Under the pieces are notes generated by a model. The model searched no databases and was not told the origin of the DNA. It saw nothing but the letters and a program-made list of their open reading frames with translations. DNA of 64,000 bases from Psilocybe cubensis (lineage: Eukaryota), in assembly GCA_017499595.2 (NCBI GenBank), contig CM039003.1, positions 1,178,001 through 1,242,000 of the forward strand. The letters run 5' to 3'. A program made the translations under genes and the position numbers. Shown here one piece after another: positions 47,801-62,600 of this stretch. Within the stretch, counting starts at the first letter, position 1; each line of letters begins with the position of its first letter.

Positions 47801-48114
47801 TTGCAGTCCAGCCGCCGCCGCCGCAGACGAAGCCATGTCCAGTGCATTGCAATCAAACCCAAGAATACGAAGTGCTTTGAAGCCTTGAGCTTTGGCGTCA
47901 TTAGCTACCTGTTTCCACTGCAATGTTTCAGCATATCATTGTGTGGTCAATGAGGCACTACATTGGTTCTTACCTGAGCCTGACTGCGACATGAATAGGA
48001 GGACGAGCCTCCGATACTATTGGAAACGGCCAGTCCAGCAAAATTGTTGTTCCCAAATGTTGCAGGTGCAAAAGAAAGAAGGATTATGCTGGCTATGGTG
48101 ATTGTAGAATGCAT
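47801..48114 (-). CDS. GH17 paralogue B (5' part only; rest in gap)
   Basis: MHSTITIASIILLSFAPATFGNNNFAGLAVSNSIGGSSSYSCRSQAQ|WKQVANDAKAQGFKALRILGFDCNALDMASSAAAAAGLQ. Confidence 0.85.
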
Positions 48115-48771
48115 TTTTTCGTTGATAGACTGTAAAAAGAGAGTGAGAATAAGTTCTAGCGAAACTCTGCCCTATTATAGCGAGCCAAATTACTGTCTCT
48201 TATGTCATTAGTGGGGAGAAATGAATACTACGGTATAGCTTCAGGACATATCTGTAGTTATTAGTCAGTTCGTTCAGAAACCATGAGATACAAAGCAATA
48301 TTGGTAGATGCTCAACTATTCTTCCTAAGGGCAAACTTAGTGAATGTATCAGACCCAAAATCGTACTAAAATACATTCTTGGAATATCATTCTTCTGCTC
48401 GCAGCTGGCTGACGTTACATAGTCCCTACAGATGCTATAGCACCTCATTTTAGGGCATTAAAATGACATTGATGAAGCTATATATAGAACGCTCTCAACT
48501 TCGTATCCCTCAGTTCGAGAAATAGCGAACCCCAATTGTTATAAATCCTTGCCACTTCTCTAAACTGGCTAGGAGTGCTTTCAGACCAATGATCCCACTG
48601 GGAGATCCCGTGAGGGTATGCAGAGATCGCCTTCGCATTCGTGTCCAGGATTGAAGAAATAGGGTTTAATCATTATGTTATTAATAAAATGTTTTGAGAC
48701 CAGAACTAATATGCAGGTCTTGTTGATAGTATAGAGTTTAGTATCCTGGTAGCCTTTATCGGTTTTACAAA

Positions 48772-50046
48772 TTAGCATGCGTTTAAAGCGTCTCCTGGCA
48801 GGATTTTGCCGAAGATTCCGAAGCTCTGTTCAACGGCACCACCCGTCTTCCACAATTGGTCATCGTATTCGAAAGCAAATATTGTCATGCTTGTGTCACG
48901 AGCGGCACAGTTGATGCTGGAAATTGCGTTGTGCTCATCGGGTACGGATGGGGCTGCATTTCCATTATTGCTGCCTCGAGATGGCCAACCAGTCCTGAAA
49001 AGTAACTCAGTTTATCGAGACTTTGATACAAATGGAATGACGTACTCGGTAATGTATATCTTCTTTCCGGGGCACGCAGCTTGCAACGCGGGTTTGACAG
49101 TGTTGTAAAGGAAGCTACCAGCCTGCCCTGAATTTACACCTCCGTCATAGAATGCACTGGATTAGAGTATTAGATGTGTCGGCTTGAGACAAATCTTATG
49201 CTTACTGTGCATTTGCCCCAACAAAGTCGGCACCACACAGGGCGGGATTGTTTCGAATGTCAACCCAAGTGTGTACAGTGGAAACGGGGGTTGTAACGCC
49301 CACCGATCCGAGGTACCCTATTCCAGAGCATTAATGAACGGCATAAAGGCTTCATAAATTTGTATAGGAGTTACCTCGGACGTCGTATACTTTTGCCATA
49401 ATGTTACCAACAGAATCTTGGACCTATAGAAATGGTTAACTTCTTAGATCGCAAAGAGCTTCTATCAATGGTGGTGCCGACCTCATTTCCAACCGTCAAT
49501 CCGACATATCGGCCTGCTCCATATTTAGTGTATGCTGCACGGAATGTTTGCACATCATTGCTACAATCAATGAACTGTTAGCGCAAATACGCTAAGATAG
49601 AAATGCAACTGTACTTGATTTGGGTCATGCTAGCTGCAATAGTTCCCTAAAGACAAAGAAAGGTTGAGACCAAGGCATAGAACATCGTACAACTCATTTA
49701 CAGATTGTGCATAGATTCCTGCCATGATTTGGAGGCCTGCAGAGGCTGCAGCTGAAGATGCAAGGTCAAGAGCATTGCAATCGAACCCGATGATACGTAT
49801 TATCTTGAATCCCTGGCTTTTGGCATCGTTGGCCAGTTGATTCCACTGAATGACTTGGTTACTAACCGGCATCGAGTTGAGCAAAATACATTTACATACC
49901 TGAGCTTGAGAACGGCAGCCATAGGTCGTCGTTCCTCCTGGACTGTTCGAGACAGCCAGGCCTGACATATGGTTAGTCGCCAGTACAGGCGCCGTGAAGC
50001 TGAGAAGAACGGTAATTGCGATGGCGGTGAAGGTCCTGTGGAACAT
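48772..50046 (-). CDS. GH17 paralogue C, complete, secreted
   Basis: Signal peptide MFHRTFTAIAITVLLSFTAPVLA; CRSQAQ|WNQLANDAKSQGFKIIRIIGFDC; VGLTVGNE; IYITE|TGWPSRG; ends ILPGDALNAC*. Confidence 0.9.
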
Positions 50047-50629
50047 CTCGAAAGCTACAGTACATTTACATTGACTTACCCTGTATTTATAGGGTTCGAG
50101 AGGTCGAGCACAGGCTTGGAGTGATTCTTGCACGGATCGTAAGTCGTAACAGATGTACTGATGTAAAAAACGAGACAGTATGTTCGGACCGAAGCATGTG
50201 GTCAAATTATGAAGACATGTTAGACGAGGGCAAGGCCATTAGTGCATTGTTGCAAAGAATCCATCAAAGCGGAGTCATTGAAAGATCCATCCCATGCGGG
50301 AAACCCGAATAGACGCATCTCATGGCTAAATGGTAGCATCGTTGATGAGCTCGTACTATGCTAGCCGCACTTGTACAGGATCGACGTGAAAGCGTTCGAC
50401 AGGTACGTCGTGTTCGTAGATAGCAAAAGTTTCTTCACAAACTTGGCTTGGAAGAAACAGTCAATGTTTAGAACCCTGCCGATACCAACACTCACCACTT
50501 ACCACGATTGCTACCTTGCTACTCAACAGTTCCTAAAACAGCCCATAGGTTGCCAAAGTTGCAGGTATTGGCGTTGGCCATATTTAGATCTACTCGGGGT
50601 CGTCACACATGATCTAACTTGAGTTGAGG

Positions 50630-50659
50630 GCCGTTGCTTCGCACGGCGATACGAGTCCT
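50630..50659 (-). repeat. 3' hairpin + 3' asymmetric inverted repeat, copy 2
   Basis: Same sequence as 21001-21030. Confidence 0.88.
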
Positions 50660-50781
50660 TGATTTCCCTCACCCTATGATAAGATTAGATACTGATATCA
50701 TCATATTGTATAATATAAATAAGAACATCATAAACATTACGTAAATATTTATGTTAAGTTGCGTGTACTGTAAACGCCAGT

Positions 50782-51463
50782 TCAATCGTCGAATCTAGGC
50801 TGCTTCAAATTACTCCAATCCCATCTTTCGCGATCCCATGAAGGAGGCCTGGTGATAACGTCAGGATGACATCGTACAGTATACTGATCCATCAAATTCT
50901 GAAAATCTGTATTTGCATTATAATTAGACAGTGTAGAGTACGAATTCGTGTTTGGGAAACCTACAGTTGCCTTTGCTAGTTACTATCAGCCTCGTTGACG
51001 GTAGTTGAAATGGCTCTTTCATCGATAGTGAAGTTGATGAGGCTGTCTCTTGAATTGAGTTGCTTGAGGTTATTGGCCGTGGAGGCACTGATTCTGTCAT
51101 CGACCTCGCTGACGACTTTGCCCGACCGTTGCAGTTACTCTTTTTCCGTCTGTTGATTTGAATTTTTGAACGGCTCTACACAATGTATGTTAACGAAAAT
51201 TAAAAGTGTCCTTAATGATGGTTCGCACTCACCTTGTGGTTATTCGAATGTCTCGTAAAATCGCATCTCTTGAGATGCTTTGTCCAATGTTGAGGGTCGA
51301 AGGGCCATTTCTTCGACAGTAATATGCTCTTCCCGCAACTTTTACACTCCACTGAGTTCTCAGTGACCGATGCTGCCAAGGGGTCACTCAGTAGGGCGTT
51401 ACGCCTTGCGATAGCTCTTTTGTAGGAACTACTTTCCGTAGCGTTGTCGTGCAAGACGTCCAT
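50782..51463 (-). CDS. Zn-finger-like cargo protein, copy 2
   Basis: Copy of 21153-21834. Confidence 0.7.
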
Positions 51464-54400
51464 GTAGAAGTAGAACTTCGCTAACCAGATGTTTGGTCGT
51501 TGACATATGCAAGCACGTGCTACGTAGGCTTTTGAAGTCCGACGCGATGATATCGTTGCCTGCACCGATGGGGCGTGCATACAATCGATGTTATGGAGCG
51601 GTCGTTAGTTTGCGCGGTCGTGTTTTGGTATACCGTTGATGTAAGGCAGTGACAGTTCTCCTGAATTTTTTTTTTTCAAGGTTAACGTGGAGGCGTTTCA
51701 ATCAACAAGACAGCGAGGAGCAATTCACCTCGCCACGATATTTTCCCCATATCTGTTAAACTGGGTGGATGTTCGAAAGCATGATTTTGTCAGACCTGTG
51801 TCAACAGATGTTGAGATAAGCTGTATATTATATGGGCCGAGGTTAGCACGTAGAACAAACTTCGTTTTGACGCCTTCAGTGAATGCAAACGCACATTCCG
51901 TTCAGGCGTGCAACAATCCTCCCGTTGCCCGTTCAACTCATTAACTTTCTGTTAATTCGTAGTACAGTATATGTTCTGAAGGATAGACAGCCAACGTGCT
52001 GTCAACCGGCTTCGGTGAGGGTCCGTTTATTTTCGTTCGTTCGATCTCAGTCCAAGCTCGTCTACAGTCAGGAGTGTGAGTATACATCGACTTTCACCGT
52101 GCAATCGGTCTCTCACCTGAATCAATGTATTCCAGACAACTAATATCGATTATACCCGTTGTACCGTATTCTCTCAGTAGTGCATCGAGGGGATTCGGTC
52201 ATGTTATAGTGTCTCATACCACTCGATACAAGTTTGACCGCAGTAGACCGTTGACGGAAATGAAGAAAAGTGACTGGTATCGCATGGTTTCCACCCTAAA
52301 AGTTGCTTGAGGTTATCAGTGGCGCAACAATCTAAGAGGGGGAAAGTTGTTTGGGTGCTACTTACTGTCAGGATTCTTTTGTATTGATAGAGAGGCGTAC
52401 CGCCCAGACCGTCGAGGGCACTTTGAAAATTGTTGATCACACTGCATTTATAAGTCAGTTGACTCTCAAATACTTTGGCATAAAACTAAACGACTTCATG
52501 TTGCATTGCGTCAGAAACCACGGAGTGTACGGAAGAAGATCATAGCAGGATGTGAATGGAATATAGGAGACATAGAGGAGTGTACGCAATGCACACAACA
52601 GAACCCCGGAAGCGGACTGAACAGGCATGTGATCTACCAAAATACCTACTGTCCACTTCCGTTACTCAGAACTGCTTACAGGTGTTACCTTTGTTTCACA
52701 TTTGCTAATGGCCGTACAATTGTGTGCACTAGAGGAATGTGCGTCTTCAACAGGCAACAGTGCCCTCATCAGCACGCAGTCCTTCTACCTCGCACCTTCA
52801 GTACACTCCATCCAATGATACTCTTCACCACAAAAGATTCGCCCGCTCCCTCATCCTCCAACTTCTCCAACCATAGTTGATCAACAGCTCGTAACCGTAT
52901 GAAGAGGATGGAAGAATGTACCGTGATGCCTGTGTTACCGTGAGTGTCAATGTATCCTCTGAAATATACTTTCATTTGAGTGCTCGTGTCTCTTTGCACC
53001 ATCCATCCACCTTGGTCAACGTCTTTACGACAAACGAACGGATAGGTGCGAGACTGTGAGATTAATTGCCGTCTGCTAGGCGCTCGTGAGTTTCACCCTA
53101 TATTGTCAACATAGCATGGCACTCACATACAAATAGAGATCCGGGTTCGATCAACCAGTCCGCAACACACTTACTCATACATTGTCGGTGCACACCTAAC
53201 TGGGACAACGTCAATAGACGCACCGACATATAGCATAGAAAATGCGGTCCGACGGACGTTAGCGCGTGTATTGGTTTGGAATTCAGCAACCGTGCAACCT
53301 CAAATCACCCAAACAGAGATGGATCAAAGTTTCTTTGTACACCGCCTACTCTTCAACCCATCCAGTTTCCGTAAAAAACTGCTTAAACGGGAGTCGGTGT
53401 TTGCAATGTGGCACGTCGAGCGTACTGTCGTGAGTTTCAATGTGTTCATAGACCTTCGTCCGAGACATGCTGAAAATGGATGGGTCGTCTAACTTCAGCA
53501 AAAAAACACAAGACATTTACAACGCATGGGACGCGAGATACGGATTAAGACGGCGTCTGGCCAACTGTTAAACGCTAAAGTCTGTATGACTTGCTGTGTA
53601 TCCACCGTATAGTTTCGCACTCACAATAATAGGTAGTTCCAATAAGAGGTGTATACAACACGATACGACCCGGCATGTTGGAGAAGTTGAAATTCCTAGA
53701 TCAAAGTTGTATTCCATGGTACGTACCCATATTTGAAATGTCTAAATGCGGTGGCTTAATGCAAAATCTGCAGATGTTATTAGTTGGCTTCGTACGTTGT
53801 CAGTTTTTTTTTTTTTACGTGTTCGTGAAGGAATCCCAAGTAAGTCTAGAGAGGGTGATACAAATAACGTGAAAAGACTTACCTCTGTGTCAGTACTTCA
53901 ACATGATAGTCCGCCTCTTGACTATGGACATTTATTGGGGTCTTTGTATCTGCGGTGTAACGTCAGGCAATACAATTGCGCGCAACAGGGCACTTCAATG
54001 GACCAAAATCATTATGCCACACCTATGAACCATACACCAGCATATAAATGCGCTTAAGAATAAACCATACCTACGTCGTAGGTTTGTTTCGAACAGGCTA
54101 TCCGAGCTGAACGAGTATTCAAGATGACCTATATCAAACAAAGCGTTTCCGTAGCACCTGCACCGCATCGAGTGTGACTGATATGGCTTGTAGTGGTTCG
54201 TTCGGATAAATATTCGTTTGGAGGTCGATGCAGAGTCTGAGTCTGTTCATGTCGGTATCAAGATGGCCTTCGTATCGATGACCTGGGCGATTCGGGTGAG
54301 TCTTCGACACCTGGCGATACTCTCGATTATGACACTTATCTCAACTCCTAGCAACGGACACCATATACCAGAATGCCGTTGTATATTGGACAACATCTCA

Positions 54401-54801
54401 GGTAGGTCGCCTGGTGTAAAGTTAAAGTTTATCATGTCCAGAGTCATGCGCGTATGACATCGTAAGCTTTTATATCCTGATTATGTTTGAAATTTACTCA
54501 CCATCGCCTACAAGAGGGCGTGATATCTGTCTCGGCTTTCATTCAATCATGGCTTCTCATGGTCTACAGCGTCTGAGTCGCTGATTCGATGTTGTAGTAG
54601 CCCGTAAACAGCATTATCAGCCAATGTTCGCTTGTCCGATTTCCGTTTGGAGCCCGCGCTCTGAATGCCGAACAATCCGTGACCAGCGACGAAAGTCCAT
54701 ATATGGTGGCCTTCCCATTTTCCATTTGCCACGTAATTTGTATCCCGCCAACTTCTTACCATCACCTGCATCTGCGGCCCCTCAAAACCAGCGAACAAAG
54801 A

Positions 54802-56142
54802 ATGGACGTAAATATAGGTAAGGCAGCATTCTTCGTAAACCTTTTCTAACAACAAACTAACGAACTTATTTGTTTCCTCTTTATTTTACAGTCGCAGCAT
54901 ACGGATTGGCTTTCAGCCATGCCTTGGCCATTTTTTTGGTCGTCTTCAGGCTCATTATCAGGCGGTGCGACAAACGGTGTTGGTACGACGATGGGCTGGC
55001 GGCTGTGGCTGTGGTTGCAGACTTTGTCATTGCCCTCACATTGTTTAAATTGGGTGCGTTGTGATACTTTTTTTTTTTTTTTTTTTCTTTTTGTAGCCAG
55101 TCTTTTTTTATTTTACATTGATTGACATATATCATGGGGTTGCTATGTATAGCCATCGACACACCTACCGCCCTTCCTGTTTCCTACCGAGTCGAACTAT
55201 TTGCGTTCTTTATAGTTTTGTGGTGCGTAGTCACTTTCCACAACAAGCATGGCCACTTATTACTACGAATGCGCTGTCCAGGGTCTCCCGCGCCAGTATA
55301 GTGCTATCACCGAATCGACTGCACAAGGCCAAACAACTCCGTGTATTATGGGGCTGGCTGTACGCTGTCATATTCATCGCAATCGGCATTATCTTCTCCA
55401 CTTTCGCCATATTTGTGTGCAAGGTCAACACCGATTGCAAGTCGGATACTGTGTGTCCATGCCAACCACCTTACATTCTGCTGTTGTTTTCTCTTATAGG
55501 TAAGTCACACTTCATCTAATCGACTGCCCATTGCTGACTGCTATATAGCTGAACTCATTGCTGATATCTTGATTATTCGACGAAGCTGGACTATACTAAT
55601 AGTAGAAACCCGCGTGTCCTTTTTCAGACTGACGCACCGTTGGCGTGCCGTCGCGTTAGGTTACAACAGCAGCGTTTTCATAATGCTGTCCAGCGCCGTG
55701 TGGTTCGGGATTTACGTCAAGTTAGCTCAACAATATCCAATGTTAGTTGTGTATGCATTAAGCGCTACTGTGAGTTCTTTATCTACACCATCATCTACAA
55801 CATTGCTTCATTCTGCCTCAGGCCCTCGTGTCCTTATTGGCCATCAATGTGCCCGTCATCACGGGACCTCCAAGCAACAAAGGTCGTCGCACCCGCCTTC
55901 CAGTTGCGGGGCAAGACGTCATTCAACTAAATCGTCTCCAACCAACCACCGCTGCAGGACATGATGTTATTCAACACAATCGTCTCCAACCGATGACCGA
56001 TGCGGTAAATCACGAAACATTGGCAAATATAGCAGAGGCAGTGGATCGCAACGCTTCCAAGATATACAGTGACAAAGATTCAGGCAAGGACATACAGTTT
56101 AGGGCGCCCAATAATTCTGTGGAAAGTTTGTTCGACGACTAG
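54802..56142 (+). CDS. PTH11-like membrane cargo protein, copy 2
   Basis: Copy of 25173-26513. Confidence 0.75.
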
Positions 56143-56316
56143 TAAACCGTATGCCAGTGCATGGTATCAATCCACACAATTAGCGCAGTCGATACATGAA
56201 TGTTCAGTGTTATATAGATAGTTGCATGCTATATATATATTTTATAACTCGTTGATGAGGATGTCTGTATTGGTTACATTGTAGAGCATACAACACATAT
56301 GACATACAGTAAACAA

Positions 56317-59020
56317 TTATGGCAAATGAGTACTAATGTAAATATCGTGTTCGTGTCTCATCTGATTCCGATTAGCATTCTTTCTCTTTTGAGTTTCATA
56401 GGCCACACAACAATTTTCGGTTGGCGTCAATAGCTCGCCATCCACTATTTGATCAGCTCCTCGATCAGTGGGCAGTACTTGTTTGACCACCAATACCACG
56501 CCATTGGTATCCTTCCTAGAATGCACACGTCTGACGCATTTACCCGCGTGTTCTCCTTCAATGATGGCTAATAACCCAAAGTCGTGCTTGATGGTAGGAT
56601 GTTTGGGCTTTATATGGGTCGATTCAATCCGTAACGTCCGCTTCGAATTGGGTGTAAATCGCATCATGCACAGCTGCCCATCCACGTCCTCCTGAACGAT
56701 TACAAACAACGGAGAAACGTGTCCATCGACGGTTGCCTCTTCCACCGTCAAAGGAACTCCAATCAGCTCTCGTTTCAACAAAAGATTACAAGGAGTGGTT
56801 AAAGATGCAACGTTGGTACCGTCGCTTGAATTTACGACGACGGTTCCTATGCTAATGCTTGTTAAATCTTCTGAATGGTCAGATGGATCCCACGCAGGCG
56901 AGGTGTCCTCAATAGTATCAGGCAATGGTGTATGTCTGCCACTGTCAGCGCTTTCAGTTCCTGTGGTTATTATGATCGATGGGTTGGCGAAGTTACGAGA
57001 CTGGTGGACAGCGTTCGAATCATACGTCTTCGACAGGCTTAGAGGCTCAAAGGTACTACAAGCCGTGAGCGCGAGTACAAATCGGTAAATGAAATACGCT
57101 TACCTGTATTCCAGTACGTCGTCTCTGTTCAAAACAATTTTCTTGAAGGGATTCGACGGATCATATCGAGTCGGCTCTACAACTAAACGCAACTCAGGTT
57201 GACCTGTTCTTGGGCTTACGGACTGTAGTACCTCGGCGACAATGCCGATTAAGCCTTTGAACGTATGATGTACCTTGCTCACTATCACAGTTACACCTTT
57301 CCAACGATGATATCGGGTCGTGTGTGATGTTGGGATAAGCGCGAGGAGCGATGAAGGCTGACATGTCGTCGCATCTCCCAGAGAAACGAAATTCCTGTGC
57401 ATATATATAATCTGAGATGTATGCATGAGCCAGAGTATATATACGGTTAAATGACAAATACTTGCCTCCAACATCGAGTCGGCTGTATTGATTTGCTGGT
57501 CTTTTGTAGTGCCTTGCTTATCGATTAGTTGTATTTCATCTCCCTTGATGTCCACGACCCAACCCGATCGTCCAGCATTAACGCCAGCGTCAACCCCTAC
57601 GTAATCCCCTATTTCGAAATGTTTTAAGATGTCACTCCATACGGTGCGTATTGTTGTCAACAGCTGGGTCGTAGTTGTATCAACTCTGTGGATTTCAGTT
57701 TCGTTGTAATGTTGACCAGTTTCGTCATGGTCGCAGCCTTTGTTGTATATATCGACATCGACCATATTATCGTCGTCGGCTTGCGCAATGACTCCGAGCC
57801 AACCTGTAGATCTCATTACCACCCATTCCATGGTTCGCATGATCCATTCCTTTGGCTTTGGTATCGGCGCGTGATGGAGTGCGGGATGCCCACTCATACA
57901 AAATGATGTATACGTCACGTAACTCAGACCTTCACGACATGAGGCAACGTGTCTGGGATCGTAGTCCACCCGGGCCAAACCATGCTCAAAGATCAGATCA
58001 CCTACGCGATAGACAGATGCTCTGCCTGATTCTATGTATAAATGAGAGTTACGAAGGCCTGTCGGATCGAATAGCTTAGGCGCGGGCACCGCAGTGTATG
58101 TCTTCCGTTTACGAGATGACTTCGTTTTGGTGGACACGTACTCGTAACGGGGGATCATAAGCATTGACACCCCCCACGATCCTTTCGAAACGACAAAGCC
58201 TACATCGCCTTTGTATACACCTCGTTTAACCTTGAGCCATTTTCCGACCGATAGGTTCGTAATGTCCCCTCCCATGTACAACAGTTGCTGAGCCTCATTC
58301 TTATCGATCGGACTCAGGAGCACGTCCGTAGTTTTTACGATGATGCCGGGCGATCTTTTGATAAGGTCAATCATAGGCTGATCCATCAAACATTCCAAGT
58401 ATATGTATCCATGTACAGAACTGCGTGAAAACGCGGACCGAATATGATGTTCTCGGCGCGAGTTTTTGAGTAAAGAAGCGACCGCGATTTCTTCGTATCC
58501 GACCTTACGTATTGTTCATCGATATGGTTGGCAACACACAAATTTAATTCGATGGTATTAAACTTACTTTACATCCAATCCTCCATGTAGGATAGTCCGT
58601 GGGCAGATTTTCGAAGCCCGAATCAGTGTTTCCGTGCGGTGACAAAACAGTAGGATTGTCAGCGTTTGAATACAATGGTTCCACACCCCGGTACATATCA
58701 GAGGCGGGCAGTGAGTGAGATCTACCACGTGTTCTCTCTTCAATTTGTTGAATTACGAGGGCCAGTCGGTCTCTCTTTGTAACAGGAATGGGTTTGTCCA
58801 TTGCCACAGATGATGAACCGTCACAATCTTCATGGGATTGAGTTCCGTCGTCGATGAAGCATTCTGCGAGTAAATTTGGTTTATCTCGTATGTTGGAATG
58901 ACATGAGACTGAGTAAAACGAAATATTATGCGCACCAAATTCGTCAGATTCGGCTGAACCATCCTCTGAATCTCCGTGATCGACATTCGCTTCTAAGTCC
59001 AAGAATGGGTTGGGAGCCAT
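56317..59020 (-). CDS. Spt5-like cargo protein, copy 2
   Basis: Copy of 26688-29391. Confidence 0.85.
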
Positions 59021-59622
59021 AGGTAGTCTAAAAAGAAGCAGAAAAAAAATTAAAAATTTGCCGTTTATATGTATAGCATTGCGTGAGTAGATATAGACAT
59101 ACTAAAGCAACGACTCTGCAAAGCAGTCGCTGACAGGTTTAAGGTGTTCTTCAAAATGAACTATCGATTTGAACACATTTAGAATACCATCAATATTTCT
59201 ATCATATATCGTAATATAACCTACAGCCTAACAAATATTGTATATTAGCCTTGAAGATACGAATACTGGTACGATGTGGCAGCAAATGACAACGTCGAAA
59301 AAGGTGTTCAAGTCGGATAGGCACAGTTCTTAAACAGAGCGGTGAACGAAATTTCGGCAAGTTCCGATATCCCTTTGATGCGAAGGTATTAAAGGAACAT
59401 GTACGACATTCTCCCACGCTTTTGGATCGTCCTTTCAACCACACGATGCTCGATGCAATGTAGTCTATGGGTTCAGATTATACAGCTGAGTCTAATAGAC
59501 TGATACGCTGCGACACTATCGAACGATAAATACCATACTGATATGAATATAAACAGTTGTTATCTGAGCATGTATCAACTGAGGCCTCCATAACCATAAA
59601 ACACTTTGGATAAATTTTCATC

Positions 59623-62600
59623 TTATTCCCTCGCGTAAATAGCATACAATGCATGTTTCAAGTTTCCCCCATTTACGGAAATGCGTAGCCATTGAGATAC
59701 ATCATTAACAAGGTCATGAACATTACCCTCCTTTACGCATCTATTTCCAGTAGTAATGCCGTCGTGGAACCACACGTCCCCTTGCAGGTCAACATACCGA
59801 GAAACAAAATGATGTTGCCCGCCGTAGACAACCCCAGTAAGCTTATACTCTACGTTGAAACTATCCGATTTGAACATAATATCAGGGTTTATAGCAAACC
59901 GTGGCGAGCATATATCCACTGTCATAATGTAAGGTAATCGTTCAACCTTATGGCATAGCGACATATATACGATATGCTGATTTTGTGCACACGAAGGGCA
60001 ATTCTTCGAACTCAATCGTTGAGCATCGCTCAGGTTAAAACCTAAACTGTCTGAAATAGAAGACACCTCCTGGGAGTCGTCGTGGAAAACGCCAGTGCGT
60101 GCCACACTTATATATTCGCCTAGTCGCATTACGGGTCTTTGGTCATTGTAGCCGCATTTACTGCACACGAGAACAGACATTCCAGAAGATCGCTGGCCCA
60201 TCACAGCGGTCATAACTCTGTCAATGTATGTCATATTTGGACCCATAGGAAAATCAAGCGGGCTGCGTGAGTGCATATCGTTTCTGACGTCGTTTCGTGC
60301 GCTCTCTAGAGAAATTGATCCATTCTGCACAAGTGCGAATTGTCCGCTGAGTCTGTCTAATAACGGTGTCAAATCACTGAATCTATTGGTCCACATCTCA
60401 GGTGCACTTATCCATAGGTTATATAACACGGTAAAGATGGAGTCGTAACTGCAACTGTAGTTGTCCGCGTCCCACTTTGTACCTACAGGTAGGACCGCAA
60501 ACTCGGAGGGTGTGCTTAGCAACATTCGTTTCCTCGGTCCTATACAGTCTGAGCGAATTGGTTGGCGCTTATTGCGCTTATCTTTTGCCCTGTCGGTGAC
60601 AATTGCCTTAACACTGTTGAGAGACCAGGTGCCGTCCTTTTCCGGAGTTCTGATAAGCTGCTTTGATGAAGAGACTGCCAAGGTAGGATGCCAGTCTGTA
60701 CCAATGGATTGCGATACGTCGAGAAGCATGAAAGACCGAATTGTCGGATTCCTTAATCCATGCAACACGCCGTCTGGAAGCTGTCCATTGTATTTCATGG
60801 TGGTGATATGATCTAATATATTGAGTTCACGGAATTCCTGGCGCAGGTGCCCACTAATACCCTTTGTAATCTTAGACGCATCGAATCTACCGAGTAAGAT
60901 GGTACCACTGGCGTTCGAACTTCTAGATACACAGGTGTAATAAGACGAATGATCCTTACAATGATCTAAATGTATCAAGTTATAATCTCGCGTCTTACCT
61001 TGAGACGAATAATCGGTCATGGCAAAATTGGGCAGCACTAATACCTGCTGGCGGTTTACATTGATTTTTGTGCCAGACTTGAGAGTACATGTTACTCGAG
61101 ACGACGTTCGCGTAAGTGGAACAACATTAACAGGCAAGTCAGCTAATGATACAGGGTTCGGCGGTCTGATTAATTCCACGAACAGCGTATCAAGTACAGG
61201 TCTACCAAACGCACCAACAGAAGATTCCCATCCTACGACGACAGCCTCCTGTCCTTTAGTGATACACAACTCTGTGGCGTCGTTATGCCGTATCATAACT
61301 GGCAGACCTACGCACAGAGAAAGTTTTGCTGGCACTTGTTCGCTAGAACAGGCGCTGCGACCCCATAGGGCTTCCTGAAGACGCTGGGACATCTTTGTCT
61401 GTTTGGTTGCTTTAGACGATCCTGATGGTCGTCCGCGAGGCCTGCGAGTTTCTCCTTCTTGTGTACCCAGACTATCGACAGAGAAAAAATGATGCAATGT
61501 ACGTCCGCTCTCTTTAGCGTATCTTGCGATGCCCTGCTCATTGAACCTATCCTTTTGATTATTCCACGCAGTGATAACAGATACGTTGCGAAAAGCAGGG
61601 TCAGTCAATATAGGTTTACCTTCAATAGTCGTCAGTTTAGAAGCTAACCTTGACTTGAGGAACGATATATCAGCGTCTGTACAGGCGGCATACCGCATGT
61701 TTTCAAGTGCAGTGCGCAACTTTGCGTCTTCCTCAGTCTGCGTTTTTTGTCTCATGTTTTGTTTTAGAATAACGACAGTCGTGAATTGGTGCCAGAATAT
61801 CTTGCCTAGAGTAGCTTCTTGCTCGGACACCTTCATGCGAGCGTCTTGCGTATGTTTAATGGAAGGACTATAAAAGGGGAGATTACCTACCGGCGGTAGC
61901 TGAGCGAAGTCACCAGCTAAGATCATTGATATACCTCCGAACAGTGTATCGTCGTTAAACACTTGTGACAGACGTCTACTAATGGCATATAAATCCCTCG
62001 ACGACAGCATAGATATTTCATCAATAAAGATATACTTGACACCCTTTAATCGAGCTCGTACGTCATTTATTACTGCGACTTCGTTTTTTGAAAAGTCTTG
62101 ACCACGATCCGACTTGGACCGTATTCCTAATACACTGTGATAAGTAGATCCGTTGAGGAGTGCAGCAGCGGTACCTGTGGGTGCGAGAACCACAAATCGG
62201 TGAGATTCGCCTCTCGACTCAAACATATGAATGATAGATTTGATCACTTGACTTTTGCCAGTACCGCCCATGCCACCGAGATGCATCCTCAGCTGACCAG
62301 GCGACAGCAAACTAGCGTGATTGGCAACAATACGGAAAGCCCTTTCCTGTTCCGTATTCAAGGTGAAATCGGCGACTGTAGAATCTACTAACACATTATG
62401 TTCCATTTGCTTTGCCTTGTACGACCTGAGCAGATAATCCGAAGAAACTACTTTGACGTCATTAGTAGACTCTTCGTTGGAAATATGAATGTTTGTTATA
62501 TCATCTGAGGGATCTGAAGGCACGTAACCGGACAACTTCTGTTTAAACAGTCTAATTTTTTCAGCTTTTATTAGAGATGCCCAGCTCGTATGCGTCTTGT

